From Octopus sinensis (lineage: Eukaryota), in the NCBI RefSeq assembly GCF_006345805.1, contig NC_042999.1:48670001-48734000 (forward strand): DNA of 64,000 nucleotides, read 5' to 3'. Made by a program: the position numbers and the translations under genes. The notes beneath the pieces were generated by a model. That model saw nothing but the letters and a program-made list of their open reading frames with translations, was not told where the DNA came from and did no database searches. Below, piece after piece: positions 26,890 through 39,669 of this stretch (the first letter of the stretch is position 1; every line of letters begins with the position of its first letter).

Positions 26890-27965
26890 AGACACGCGTG
26901 GATTGCGGAAACAACGTTCAAACGTTCAGGCCCATAACTCTGTTAAACACAGAGTTAAAGATTCTGGCCAAGGTGCTAGCAAAAAGGTTGGCGCGGGTCG
27001 TGGACAAACTTGTCGGGGAAGCGCAAACGTGCGCTATCCCCGGCAGAACGATCCACGACAATCTCCACCTTATACGCTACTCCTTAGAGAAGGTGGGGAA
27101 GCTTTCTGGCGCAGGGGGAGCACTGGTACATTTAGACCAGTCCAAAGCATTTGATAGGGCTAGGGATGCCTTGGCTGAGGATGCGAAAACTTGCGTTAAC
27201 GTTGAGGCACCTCTGGCTTTACCTGGATGGAGAGCAGGTGTGGTCACCGCACGTCCGGTTCTACCTTCCCCAGTTAACATCCCTAACGGACATCGGTGCA
27301 TGGATCAAGCGGAGACCTAAACTGGTGAATGGCATTTGGAGTGCCGTCAGGCGCTCCAGCTACTATCTCGGGTGGGCAACGCCGGCAACAGGAGTTCCAC
27401 CACGGATTTCTATAGCGGGTTAGTGGAGATTAAGTCTGAAGACGCCTTGGGGAGACCGTGGACTACGATGAAAATCAGTTGGTCAACCTGTTCCGGAGGA
27501 CGTTCGGGCCGGGTATCTGGATAATTACCAGAAATCCCTGGCCTGGCAGTGTTTCCGTGCGGCTTTACCTGTTCGCGACAAGCTGTCAGGGCACGGTAGT
27601 GCCGTCTCGCCGACATGCCCGCGATGTGAGCAGGATAGGGAGACCGTCTTGCACGCATTCGTGGTGTGTCCGAGTTATCGGGACTGATAGCTTTGTTGAA
27701 CAACTGTTGTCAGTGATGGGAAGAGTACAGCTATCAGCTGAGTCTATCATCGAGATTGTGCCGCCCCCTTTCCTTAACAGGGAAAGAAAGGCTTGTTTTT
27801 CTTGTGTAGTAGCCATACTGAAAGAAACAGTATGGAAGACGCGTACGAAAGGTATAGTGACAGGCACCTTTGTCTCCAGCCAGGGGTTGATTAACTTTTT
27901 TAGTTACCACCTCAGTAGCAAAATCAGGCTGGAGAAGAGTGTCTGTCACGAGATATGTTTGTGAA
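26890..27965 (+). pseudogene. ORF2 remnants of the Tx1-type element (RT N-terminal part and C-terminal zinc finger; no APE endonuclease, no YADD core)
   Basis: FRPITLLNTELKILAKVLAKRL...GRTIHDNL...LDQSKAFDR, then a jump to LGMPWL.... CPRCEQDRETVLHAFVVC at 27616-27668. Confidence 0.75.
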
Positions 27966-28389
27966 AAGATGGAAACCGTGGCATACAAGATGGGTATGTT
28001 TGGCACCAGGTAAGTGGAACGGATCAGAAGGTAAGGTTCTACCCGGATGGCTGGGTGTCCGTCCTTCGACATGATCATTAATATTTTAAACATTGCCTTC
28101 GTAAAATCATTGTTTATAATCTTATCCGTAATTTCATTCGAAAATTGTAACTGTGTTAAGCTACTTCACCCTTTATATTTGTCTGTACTTGTTTGTCCCC
28201 TCTTTGTAAATGCCTAAATGGCAAATTATATGAAATAAAGTAGCTTGTTTACCAACCACATGGTTCTGGGTTCCGTCCCAATGAGTGGCACCTTGGGCAA
28301 GTGTCTTCTAATATAGTGTCGGGCCGACCAAAGCCATGTGAGTGGATTTGGTAGACGGAAACTGAAAGAAAGCCCATCGTATATATGTA

Positions 28390-28428
<39 letters not shown>

Positions 28429-28879
28429 TATATATATATTATGCATGTGGGTGTTGTGTATCTGTGTTTGTTCCCCTAGCATTGCTTGACAACCGGTGCT
28501 GGTGTGTTTATGTCCCTGTTACTTAGCGGTTCGGCAAAAAGAGACCGATAGAATAAGTACTGGGCTTACAAAATAATAAGTCCCGGGGTCGAGTTGCTCG
28601 ATTAAAGGCGGTGCTCCAGCATGGCCGCAGTCAAATGACTGAAACAAGTAAAAGGAGTAAAAAGAGAGAGAGTAATGAGTATGCGTGCCATTGTGATATC
28701 ATTTGTTACTATCGGGGTTTGACACCCAGTATTGCTTTGTTTGCATCGACGTAATGTAGTGATTCGACAGGAACGATTGATAGAAATGCCAGGCTTTACA
28801 GATATATATACGGGGGTCTATTTCTTGAACTTAATTTTTCAAGACCATATCGGAATCATGACAGCAGACCAACGACTTA

Positions 28880-28892
28880 AACATGTAATGTA

Positions 28893-28969
<77 letters not shown>

Positions 28970-28992
28970 TATATCTATATATATATATATAG

Positions 28993-29029
<37 letters not shown>

Positions 29030-29094
29030 ATATATACATACAATATATATCCGCGTGTGTCTGTATGGCGAAAGATAGACACAGAGAGAGAGGG

Positions 29095-29161
<67 letters not shown>

Positions 29162-29628
29162 AAACACACACTCGCATATATGTGTGTGTCTATCCAGCTG
29201 TGTATGTGCATATGGTTGTGCATGTAAGACTGGCACAAATGTCTACATTTGAAATTCATATGATTATGCATAGGCATTTCTGAGAAAGCAATGATATAAA
29301 TGGAATTTTTAATTTTAGTAAATAAGTAGAATTCCCTAAGGAAACATATGAACGTTTTGAAACTTTTTCCCTCTCTTCAAGTTATTTGTGATTGTATAAT
29401 GAATGCTGAAAATGCGTTCGTTTAGTAAGCTTCTTAACATGCCCTAATCGCTTAAAACAAAGTATATGTGTCTATGTCAGTGTGCATGCATCTCTGCATA
29501 TATATGTACCTTCCCCCATTTATATATATATATATATATATATATAAATACAGACGCACACACACACACACACAACATATATATATATATATAAATATAT
29601 ATATATATGCATATATATTTTTATATAT

Positions 29629-29694
<66 letters not shown>

Positions 29695-29779
29695 TTCATA
29701 GACATATACAAGAAGACGTGACATACGAAAGACATTGTATGTTTAATGATTTCGCATTGCTTATCCGATATATATATTA

Positions 29780-29867
<88 letters not shown>

Positions 29868-29885
29868 CGTATACATATGCACATT

Positions 29886-29917
<32 letters not shown>

Positions 29918-29943
29918 CATACACACATACTATATATATATAT

Positions 29944-30003
<60 letters not shown>

Positions 30004-30384
30004 CATATATATATATAGATCTAATGAAGGATAAAATTTTTTTCGAAAAATATATTCCTTTCCCCAAAAACTTTTATCAATGGCCAGCATATCAAAAAAT
30101 ACCTTTAACGGTTAAATCTATAAACAATTCATAATTAAGGGCAAACGAAAAAATTCTAATGCAGATATGCCGAAAAATTGGAGATATTGTCCATTTAACC
30201 ATATAAATTTTTCACAATATGCACGCTACTCGAAAAAGGTCGACAGAATTTGTAAAACATTCCATATTACCATATGGGACCGATTTCAGGGTTAACTTGT
30301 TACAGCCCTCCCTTCGTCAGTGATGCATGTGGCAAAAGAAATAATATATATATATATATATATATATATGTATAGATATAAATA

Positions 30385-30460
<76 letters not shown>

Positions 30461-30491
30461 TAATATATATATATATATGTTATATATAAAT

Positions 30492-30527
<36 letters not shown>

Positions 30528-30530
30528 TTA
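28880..30530. repeat. Field of (TA)n, (GATA)n and (CA)n microsatellites with short interspersed non-repetitive blocks
   Basis: Direct reading. Confidence 0.9.
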
Positions 30531-30585
30531 TTGAAAGCAGCAGAAAATTCAACAAAACCTGTTACTCGTTGCCGTTCGTCTTAGC

Positions 30586-30655
30586 CTAGGGTAGACAAAA
30601 GCATTGTGAGTGGATTTGGTAGACGGAAACTGAAACAAGCCAGTCGTATATATAA

Positions 30656-30724
<69 letters not shown>

Positions 30725-30941
30725 GTGTATGTGTTTGTATGTCTGTGTTTGTCCCCCCAACATCGCTTGACAACCGATTCTGGTGTGTTTAGTTCCCCGT
30801 AACCCAGCGTATCGGCAAAAGAGACGTATATAATAAGGACTAGGCTTACAAAGAGTAAGTCCTGGGGTCGATTTACTCTACTAAAGGTGTTGCTCCAGCA
30901 TGACCACAGTCAAATGACTGAAACAATTAAAGAGTTAAAGA
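30586..30941 (+). mobile_element. SINE family A, 5'-truncated
   Basis: Matches family A from ...TTGTGAGTGGATTTGG to the AAAGAG tail. Confidence 0.8.
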
Positions 30942-32352
30942 GAAAATGAAAATACTCTTTTTGAAAAATTTATATATTACATCTTAATAACGCCGTATAA
31001 TGAGGCCAGACACTCTCGTATCCTTTCTATTTCCGCAGGTTTTATATTTACGATAAATTAAACAATACAGCCTAGTTTAATGTTTTGATGACTTTAGTAT
31101 CAGATTGGTTACCTGGCTGAGAACATATCTCCTGAAAGTGTTTTGGCAACAATGTACGTAAAGTCAGTGTTTATTGTTCCATTACTAATTTCATTATTTT
31201 ATATTTGGTTCATTGTTATCCATTCATTCATTTCAACAATAATATTAAAATTTTGTTTCCTGTAATGTTTTGTGTATTATATGAAAATACTGTTGTAATT
31301 CATGTTATATAAAATGAATTTGAAGACGAGTAAACTTAGAAATCATCATATTAATTGTTCGACAACTGATAAAACCATTCGAGTATTCCTTTAAACAAAA
31401 CTTTCTGACATTTAAAATGCTATCAGATATCACCAATGGTAGGAGACAGTATTTCGGATTTAAAACAAGATGGTCACAGTTGGAAAGCAAATCAGATTGA
31501 ATGATCGTATGATTAGTCAAGAAATCATGATCTGGAACATAACAACAATGTATATATTTATAACACTTATGGAATGTGTATTAGCTAATGTGTATTTGCA
31601 AAATAAATACGTTAAATTATTTGAGACTATTTAAGAATGTTAGAACAATTCGAATGCATTGGTAGCCAAAGCAAATATTCACTTTACAAAACAGGTAGTG
31701 TAGCAATGCATCAGTAAACAAGGGTTTTAGAAATCAGGACCGTGCAATTAATACAATGCTCTTGTCGGTTGGGCGATCACTTCTGCTGCAATCGATCACG
31801 AAAATTAATTATCGTTGATGGATGTTCGGGCAATTATTCAGAAATTGTCCGCTCTTGAAATCAATCAAATTTAATAAAGCCTCCCCTATGTAATTTGACG
31901 TTCCTCTATTTGTTCTGCTGTATTCGACGAAATAAATGTTATAACCTGATTTTAAATCATTAGTGTGGTGATGATTTAGTCTTTGCGTAATGAAGTTTTA
32001 ATGTTTCCTTAATTTCTTCACGAAAAAAAAATTGTGATGTATGCAAACCTCTGAGCTCATAATTACTATGCCTCGTTGGTAATATCTGATTACAGCTAAA
32101 TGAGTCAAGGGTTACCAATTTCCATTCACTCAACGATGAATAGTTGCAAATAACTTCCATTCTCATCAATCATCCAGGAAAAATAAATATAATACTGAGT
32201 TGATTTGAATTAGTTAAGGGGGGAAAGCAATTAAATATCTATACCTTGGGTGAGGAATTTTGGCGTTTTCTTTTTATGCACGTAATACAGAAGTAGACAA
32301 ACGCGATAAAAAAAACCAATAGATGTATATAAATGTAGACATATATATATAT

Positions 32353-32395
<43 letters not shown>

Positions 32396-32484
32396 AGAAT
32401 TCACAAGAAAAAACAAAAGACGAAGACAGGTGGTGTAGACAACAAACAAATGTATTAGTATAACGCTCGGGAAGAGAAAAAAGT

Positions 32485-32520
32485 CTTTAACGTTTCGAGC
32501 CTACGCTCCTCCACAGAAAG
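32485..32520 (-). ncRNA. Minimal hammerhead-like motif (core mutated) within a short (TA)n-anchored element at 32392-32565
   Basis: Minus strand CUUU-CUGUGGAG-GAGC GUAG GCUC-GAAA-CGUU-AAAG. Stem I and stem II pair perfectly and the ACGU palindrome is present, but A6 reads U. Confidence 0.5.
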
Positions 32521-33576
32521 GAACACAGAAATAAACAAGGAGGGAAAATAAAGGATGAAAATAAAGTATATATATATGCATACATACATAGATACATTCA
32601 TACAAACACACGTGCATACATACGTACATACACACATTCACACACGAACGCATGCATACATACATACATACATGCATACATACATACATACATACATACA
32701 TACATACATACATACATACATACATACACACATACAAATAATCACCACCGACATAAATCTGTCAATAAATTATCAAACATTTCATGCATTGAAGTTGTCT
32801 GAGGGTCACCGGAACATGCCTTTTTTTCTGAGAGAGCAATCACATGATTAGACGGTGCGTTGATTTGCAGAATCATTAGAGCTTATTTCAAAATGCATTT
32901 ACTTCGGTTCTTTTACTTCTGAGTTCAAATTACGTCGAGATCTATTTTGTCGTTTCACCCTTCGATGTCGAAAGATAAATTATTAATCCTTCACATGTGT
33001 AGTTTTACTCGACTGCCTCCTGCCTTTGTGATTATTTCAAAAACAAATACTAAGTTCAGCCGCATTGTATATAATGTACGTTTTTGAAATTTTCTAGTTT
33101 ATAAAATAAATCATAATAAGAATGGTATGAATAATATCAATGTGTACTAGAATAGAAAACAAAAAAGATTTATGTTAATAAAATGCAATGCCACAATTTG
33201 AAAAAAAATTGTATTTATAATTGCTCTGTAATTATTTTAGTTTCAAATTACGAAAGCAATCGATATATATAGTGTTGAGACCTAATGAGAACAGAGAAAT
33301 AGAAAGAAGAGTAGAGAAAATTATGCAGAGCAAGAAAAAAAGCTGATGGAGACCATCATAAAAACAAAGCTACGTTTTTGTATATGAAATAAAACCGTAC
33401 ATAATCAGAAATATATTTGGATGTGTATAACTTAGATTCGTAAGCTGTTAACGGATTTATAAGCATTCTAACATTTAAAGCACATTTAGAAGTCTTATGT
33501 ATAAACTGTGTTGAATATGAGGATTTCGTTGGTGATTTTTTAATTCCGCCTGGCATATATGCATGTATGTAATATG

Positions 33577-33664
<88 letters not shown>

Positions 33665-34519
33665 GTAGCTATCCTTCTATGAATGTACGTATGAAGGTAA
33701 AACCGACTGTTGCTTTCATATAATAAACATCAATGGTATCGACGTAGACTGTTAGATTCCCTAAGGTGTTGGTCTCCAAAATAATCCATGAAGTCTTCAT
33801 GCTTATATGCATGTAAACCGAGGAGGAAAAGACATCAACTCAAGATAGAGCTTAAGATTTTAAGGGGTTAAGTTAGTTTACTCCCAGCACATTTAGGAAC
33901 CACTTGTTGTCTGAGAAACGCAATGTTCAGTTCACCTGCTTAAAATTGTGAGATCGACATTCTCCCCAGGTTAACATCCAGTTACGATTCCAGAGTTCAA
34001 AAGGTTGATCAGAATATATGCACTAGTTCTGGAATTTGACAGCATGGGTCCAAGCAGAAATGTGATTCAAAACGTGCTCAAAAAGTCACAAGGAATTTCA
34101 GACTGCTAACAGTATATAGGAACTATTCAAATATGTTCCTCAATCAGTGCATCATCCTGAGGGTAAGTTGGAGGAAAGACAATATATGTATGTACGTGTG
34201 TATGTATATAAATACTGTACTTATATGTGTGCATACGTACATACAAAAATAACGTGATGGACAAGATTCTTAGCGGCATTATTTCACATTTTACCTTCTA
34301 CGTTTTACCTTCTAATTCCGGTGAGATCCACTCTTCCTTTCATCACTTCGAGATCGAAAACTTAGGTAGCATTACGCTCCCTATATAGTCACCTAATGTT
34401 TGGGTGTGTTTCTTTTGTAGGAAGAATGAATACATTCAAACACATATAGTATAAACATAAATGTGTGTGATTGGACGGGCACATTTACTTATGTTTCCAT
34501 GCTGCATATAGAATTGATC

Positions 34520-34545
34520 GTATTATATATATATATATATATAGA

Positions 34546-34586
<41 letters not shown>

Positions 34587-34591
34587 ATATA

Positions 34592-34635
<44 letters not shown>

Positions 34636-34636
34636 T

Positions 34637-34691
<55 letters not shown>

Positions 34692-34721
34692 TTATATAAC
34701 ATATGTGTGCGTGTGTGTACG

Positions 34722-34772
<51 letters not shown>

Positions 34773-34900
34773 TGATCAATAGTTATATATGCAGTAGGCA
34801 CACAAGTAAATGTACAGGTCCTACATACACACACACATATATATATATATAGGTACATACATACATGCATACACACATACATGCATACATATACACTTAC
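34520..34900. repeat. (TA)n/(CATA)n microsatellite field
   Basis: Direct reading. Confidence 0.9.
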
Positions 34901-36042
34901 ATAAATATATAAATTTCCTGTCCCTCTGTGTATCTTTTCTCTGTTTCCTAAACCGAGTCCTCACAATCAGACACTGACAGCATATTGAAAGCAAGAGATA
35001 TGTGCCAGAAAGTTACATATATAAGTATACAGTAGCATAAACATCTAAGGATACTAAACTTAAATTAATGACAATTTTGTATTGACGAACCTGTCTGGTA
35101 CATTAATAACGTTTCTATTTTTATAGAATAAAATCTCCCCGCCTACTTAGACACCAATATAATAAAAACATTGTCAATATAAGCCACCATTTTCCATTTT
35201 TATACACCTACCTGTGTGCTAATAATTTACTTTATATACAGCTGCATATCTATTTATATATACGTGTGATTGTGTGTTAAAGGAGGAGATTAGTGTATAA
35301 TATGTATGAATATTTCCAGTAAATCTGTATAAATTAGTAGTAGAAGACAACATAGAAATTGGATCGATATATAAACATATAAATTACTCCAGAATCTATT
35401 TTGTACTATATATATAAACAATTGTGTATGTATGTCTCTATTGATCTGGCTTTATCTACCTACCGCTCTATCTACCTGCATAAAGACACACACACACACA
35501 CGCTCACACACACGCTCACACACACTCTCACACACACATAAACAAACACGTGTATATATTATCTATGTGAGTGTGTGTGTGTGGTGTGTTTGCGCACATA
35601 TATGAATATATGATTGACTGCCGCCGAATAAGACTTTTGGCGAACGATCTGCGCTAATGAATTGTTTATAGTGATCAAATGTGTTGGTCATACGTTATCT
35701 CACTACCTCCATCAACTTTGTCTGAACAGGGACACAGTGTAACATCCACCAGGTGTTGAAGTCATTGCACACACACACACACACACACACACCACACACC
35801 ACACACACACACACACACAACAGACACACAGACACACACACAACACACAGACACACACACACACACACACGCACACACAACACACACACACAACACATAT
35901 ATATTATATATATATATATATATATAATATATATATATGTATATAGTTAATCCAAACATGAACAAAGAGAAAACACAACAACGTGAGACGTGGAACAAGT
36001 GTAGTGTTATTGGACACTTAGGAAACGAAAGAAAGAAGGAGG

Positions 36043-36077
36043 ATCTAATGTTTCGAGCGGAGCTCTTCCTCAGAAAC
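36043..36077 (-). ncRNA. Minimal hammerhead ribozyme motif within a short (TA)n-anchored element at 35943-36150
   Basis: Minus strand GUUU-CUGAGGA-A-GAGC UCC GCUC-GAAA-CAUU-AGAU. CUGANGA and GAAA are intact, stem II has 4 bp, stem I pairs with wobbles. Confidence 0.6.
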
Positions 36078-36150
36078 ATAGAAAAAGGAAAGGTTCAAGG
36101 AAGGGAAGACGGAGAAAGAAAATTGCCAACGATACACACGCGGTCACATT

Positions 36151-36228
<78 letters not shown>

Positions 36229-36244
36229 GTGGTGTATATATATT

Positions 36245-36286
<42 letters not shown>

Positions 36287-37049
36287 GCGTGAGTCGTCTC
36301 AGAGACCATAAGTCCTGGAAAAGATTACTCGTATATCTATCAATAGTGTGGCCATATCATCCGAAATGTATTAGATATCAATCACGGGTGATCTTCCCAT
36401 TCGGTTAGAGTGATACGTAAAACACAAACTGATTATATAATTTTACGCTCACCACAATTAGCCGATATGAAGGTAAAAGGTGGTGGAACAGAAAAATGGC
36501 CAGGGGATTAGTTTAGGAGTTTTGTTCCTAGGGTGGGGTGTACTGTGAAGCCGCGAAGAGTTGTATTTACGTGGGAAAATTGTGTATTATTAATGTGGTG
36601 CACCTGTAACGAATGGGGGAGCAGTATGTATAGCGGTGTCATATGCATATTTTTTCCGGGGGTGTAGGTTTGCTTTCTTTCTGTGAAAGATAAAGACGTG
36701 GATGGGGTTGTGTTAGTATGCAGTGTGTAGGGGGTATCTTTCTACATGGTGGGGTACAATGTGTGTATATATAGGGCGGGTTTGGTTGTCGACATCCCCT
36801 CATATGGGGAATTTAGACCTTGGTAATTTTTTTTTTTAAATCAATTTGTGTGAAGGTGTATGTGTTGGGGATGGTGTATTTTGTTCGGTGTCCGCTTATC
36901 GGGTTGTGCGTATGTGTACTTGGGTCCCTTGGAGTGTGCTTTGCTCAAACTCTTTTTACCTGGCTCGAGGATATTGTTGGAAGGTCATTTGCGGAAGGTA
37001 GAGGCAGGGGATCTGTTGTTGTGGTCATGGTAAGGCGCGCACGTACTCC

Positions 37050-37300
37050 GGGCGTTGAGTACCTTTTAAAATTGCTTTCTTCTCAGCCAGGCATATTCGG
37101 CACTTCCGGCTGCTATTGAAGTACGGTTTGATTCTTTCTAGTATCTTCTACTTTATGCTGTATTCCGTAGCATTTTCTTTCAAAGTCCAGACGTGCTTGG
37201 CTAGGGTTGTGGCGATACGTCTCTTTCTGGGATGATCAATGAGGACTTTTTCGTGGCAACTGAAAAGTAAAAGAGTCACCAAGTTAAACGCAACCAGCCA
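37050..37300 (-). mobile_element. Penelope-like element GIY-YIG endonuclease C-terminal fragment
   Basis: HEKVLIDHPRKRRIATTLAKHVWTLKENATEYSIK*KILERIKPYFNSSRKCRICLAEKKAILK matches the PLE pattern TTLSKHIW.LK...WKI...C.LCL.EK. Confidence 0.7.
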
Positions 37301-37959
37301 CATATTTTTGTAAGAGAGGCACAAAGGAAAGATATATTCTGTTGTAAAAATCAAATATTCTCTGGATACCAATGTGGTTAGAAAATTATAAAGAGAAAGA
37401 CTACATGTATGGAACTCTGACAAACAGTTTCAAATCCAGTACCCAAGATACACGTTTAGGCTTCTTATTGGAGCAATGGTACACACAACAACCCACCTGG
37501 AGCTAAGTATAGGTGCACTTTGAATCTTAGGGGAAGAATGCAAATCCTTAACCAATATGCTACAAATGATTTCAATATATGGAATTATAAAAATATGCAA
37601 TACTTTAAGATTTAAAGAATGATGGTTAAAACCAGACGTTTTGTTTCACATTCTTGCTACCAAGAAGATGGCCAGTTAATATTTTCGCTGAATTATAAAG
37701 AAAAATAAAGCAAACACGCATACATACATACATACATACATACATACATACATACATACATACATACATACATACATACATACATACATACATACATACA
37801 TACATGCATACATACATACATACATACATACATACATACATACATACATACATACATACATAGAAAGGTTGAGCCTGTATGACCAAAAGATTATGCATGG
37901 ATATATTATCAGAAAGTAGCGTGATGATAGCAACGGCGATCATCGAAACAGTTTATAAA

Positions 37960-38648
37960 GATAAATAACCGGATTACTACCCCCACTTTGAAGGGTATGC
38001 GTTTACAATCCAGGAACAGGAAATATCAACCAAGTGCCTGATGCAGAAAAGGGATAGAGATGCAGATAAAGCCCTAAAGTGTGCCAACCGGTACAGACTT
38101 TGTGGAGTTCACAAGATATCACTCACATCATAAGCAGCTGTCCGAAATGTCATCATGATATTATTTTCCGATGAGACATGGTTATTTAGCTAAAACTCTC
38201 TATAATGAAATCCGAAGGAAGGATAATCCCGAGAACAAAGAAATATGGTAGATGCCCTAGCCACTTATAATAAAACGAAATACTGTTGGAATGTCCCAGT
38301 GAGGACCTCAATAAATTGTAAGTACAACAGACCTCATATAATGAATTGGGATAGAGAAGAGAAACCGTGCACGGTTGTGGAAATTAGTTGCCCAACGGAT
38401 GTTAACATAGAGTTGGAGATCAGTGAAAATGAGATCATCTACTCTGAACTATTGAGAAATCTGCAATTACTCAATCCAGATTACAAGTTCGGGCTTATAC
38501 CTGTAATTAATGGTGCCGTTGGATATGTAATACACTGAGAAATTAGGCTTCTGAAAACCAGAAAGGAGAAAGCTAATTCGAAGTCTACAGATCCAGTCCA
38601 TTACTGGAACTGTAGAAATCTGTAAAATTTTCCAGAAGTTTATCATTT
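37960..38648 (+). mobile_element. R4/Dong-type RLE element, family 2, decayed 3' fragment
   Basis: FEGYAFTIQEQEISTK...DITHIISSCPK...RH, then WNVPVRTSINCKYNRPHIMNWDREEKPCTVVEISCPTDVN...IPVINGAVG, ending GTVEICKIFQKFII*. Confidence 0.75.
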
Positions 38649-38689
38649 AATATGTATAAGAGCATTCTAAATATGCAACTACATGCATG

Positions 38690-39030
38690 AGAATACATAC
38701 GCAAAAAATACTAATCTGCACATACATACATACATACATGCATACATACATACATACAAACATACATACATACATACCTACATGTATACATACATACATA
38801 CATGCATAGTGTCTTCTAGGATCTCGGGCATCCTCCATCCGATTGCCCTCAAATTTTATATAAAGATATCAGGACGTGAATAAGTCTTTAGAAAATTACA
38901 AAAATCGATTCCAGGTGAGAATGCAACCGATAAAGTCGTGGGAACGTGCATTTGTACGCGCAAGTACATCAGGAAGGTGGTTTACAAGGCTGCGCTCCAC
39001 TAGCTTTTCTATGCCCTTGAACATCCCGAA
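38690..39030 (-). mobile_element. Possible non-autonomous Helitron/DINE-like element with an internal (TATG)n
   Basis: Minus-strand motif AAAATTTGAGGGCAATCGGATGGAGG followed by a tetranucleotide microsatellite, a layout typical of such elements. Not verified. Confidence 0.3.
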
Positions 39031-39598
39031 AAGTAAGTTAGCTTAAAATTAGTTACTTTGTTCCCTAGGTTGTTGCTTTTCATAAAAAATCGCCCCAAGT
39101 TGATTTCCTTCATGTTTTATCGGATAGACTTATTATTGTCCCAGGTAAGTTCTCATAAATTCATCATGCTTTTCCATCTAGATTTACCTCCAGCTAACCC
39201 ATTTGCATACAGCATTTTTGTCCTGCTTTTCTTCCGTCAACCTCTACATAACTGCACCTTCCATTTTTTGTTGTTTTTGTACAGCTTATAGGCACGTTTC
39301 TCTCCTGCCAAGCTTACTGTTTAAACCATCTTTCTGTTCTCCCAGTCAACAGCCTTATCATTACTGGTACCTTAAACTATTCGGTTGCATACTTGTGTGA
39401 ACAAAATCGTTTTTCTTTGGAATAGATAAAAAGTCTATCTTTATTTCTTCTTTTGCTGGTGTCTCAAATTTAGGTTAAATCAGTGTTTCTCAAGAGGGAC
39501 GCCTATGGGACGGTCGAACAAGTTATTTTGAGAATATTTGGTTTAAATGTTTGACAACTCAGCACCGTCCATTGGGTGGGGGTGCATTTTGCTCGTAT

Positions 39599-39669
<71 letters not shown>

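Larger units (their letters stand above)
25272..28237 (+). mobile_element. Tx1/L1-clade non-LTR retrotransposon, internally deleted, both ends present
   Basis: 5' UTR, ORF1 with CCHC knuckle, ORF2 remnants, 3' UTR with AATAAA at 28234-28239. Duplicated AAGTAGCTTGT at 25255-25265 and 28238-28248. Confidence 0.85.
25231..28670 (+). mobile_element. SINE family A split by a Tx1-type element (head 25231-25271, remainder 28238-28670)
   Basis: The head stops after AAGTAGCTTGTCTAACC and resumes AAGTAGCTTGTTTACCAACCACATGG. Confidence 0.85.

Noticed and set aside
28899-30090. YI/IY-repeat ORFs (also at 22.5, 34.5, 48.4 and 63.4 kb)
   Set aside because: (TA)n artefacts.
34043-34168. Possible 120-nt exon ending at AGG|GTAAGT
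   Set aside because: Weak acceptor, unrecognisable peptide, no partner exon.
39069-39149. Possible exon bounded by CCCTAG| and CAG|GTAAGT
   Set aside because: The opposite strand looks like a decayed LINE and the peptide is not recognisable.
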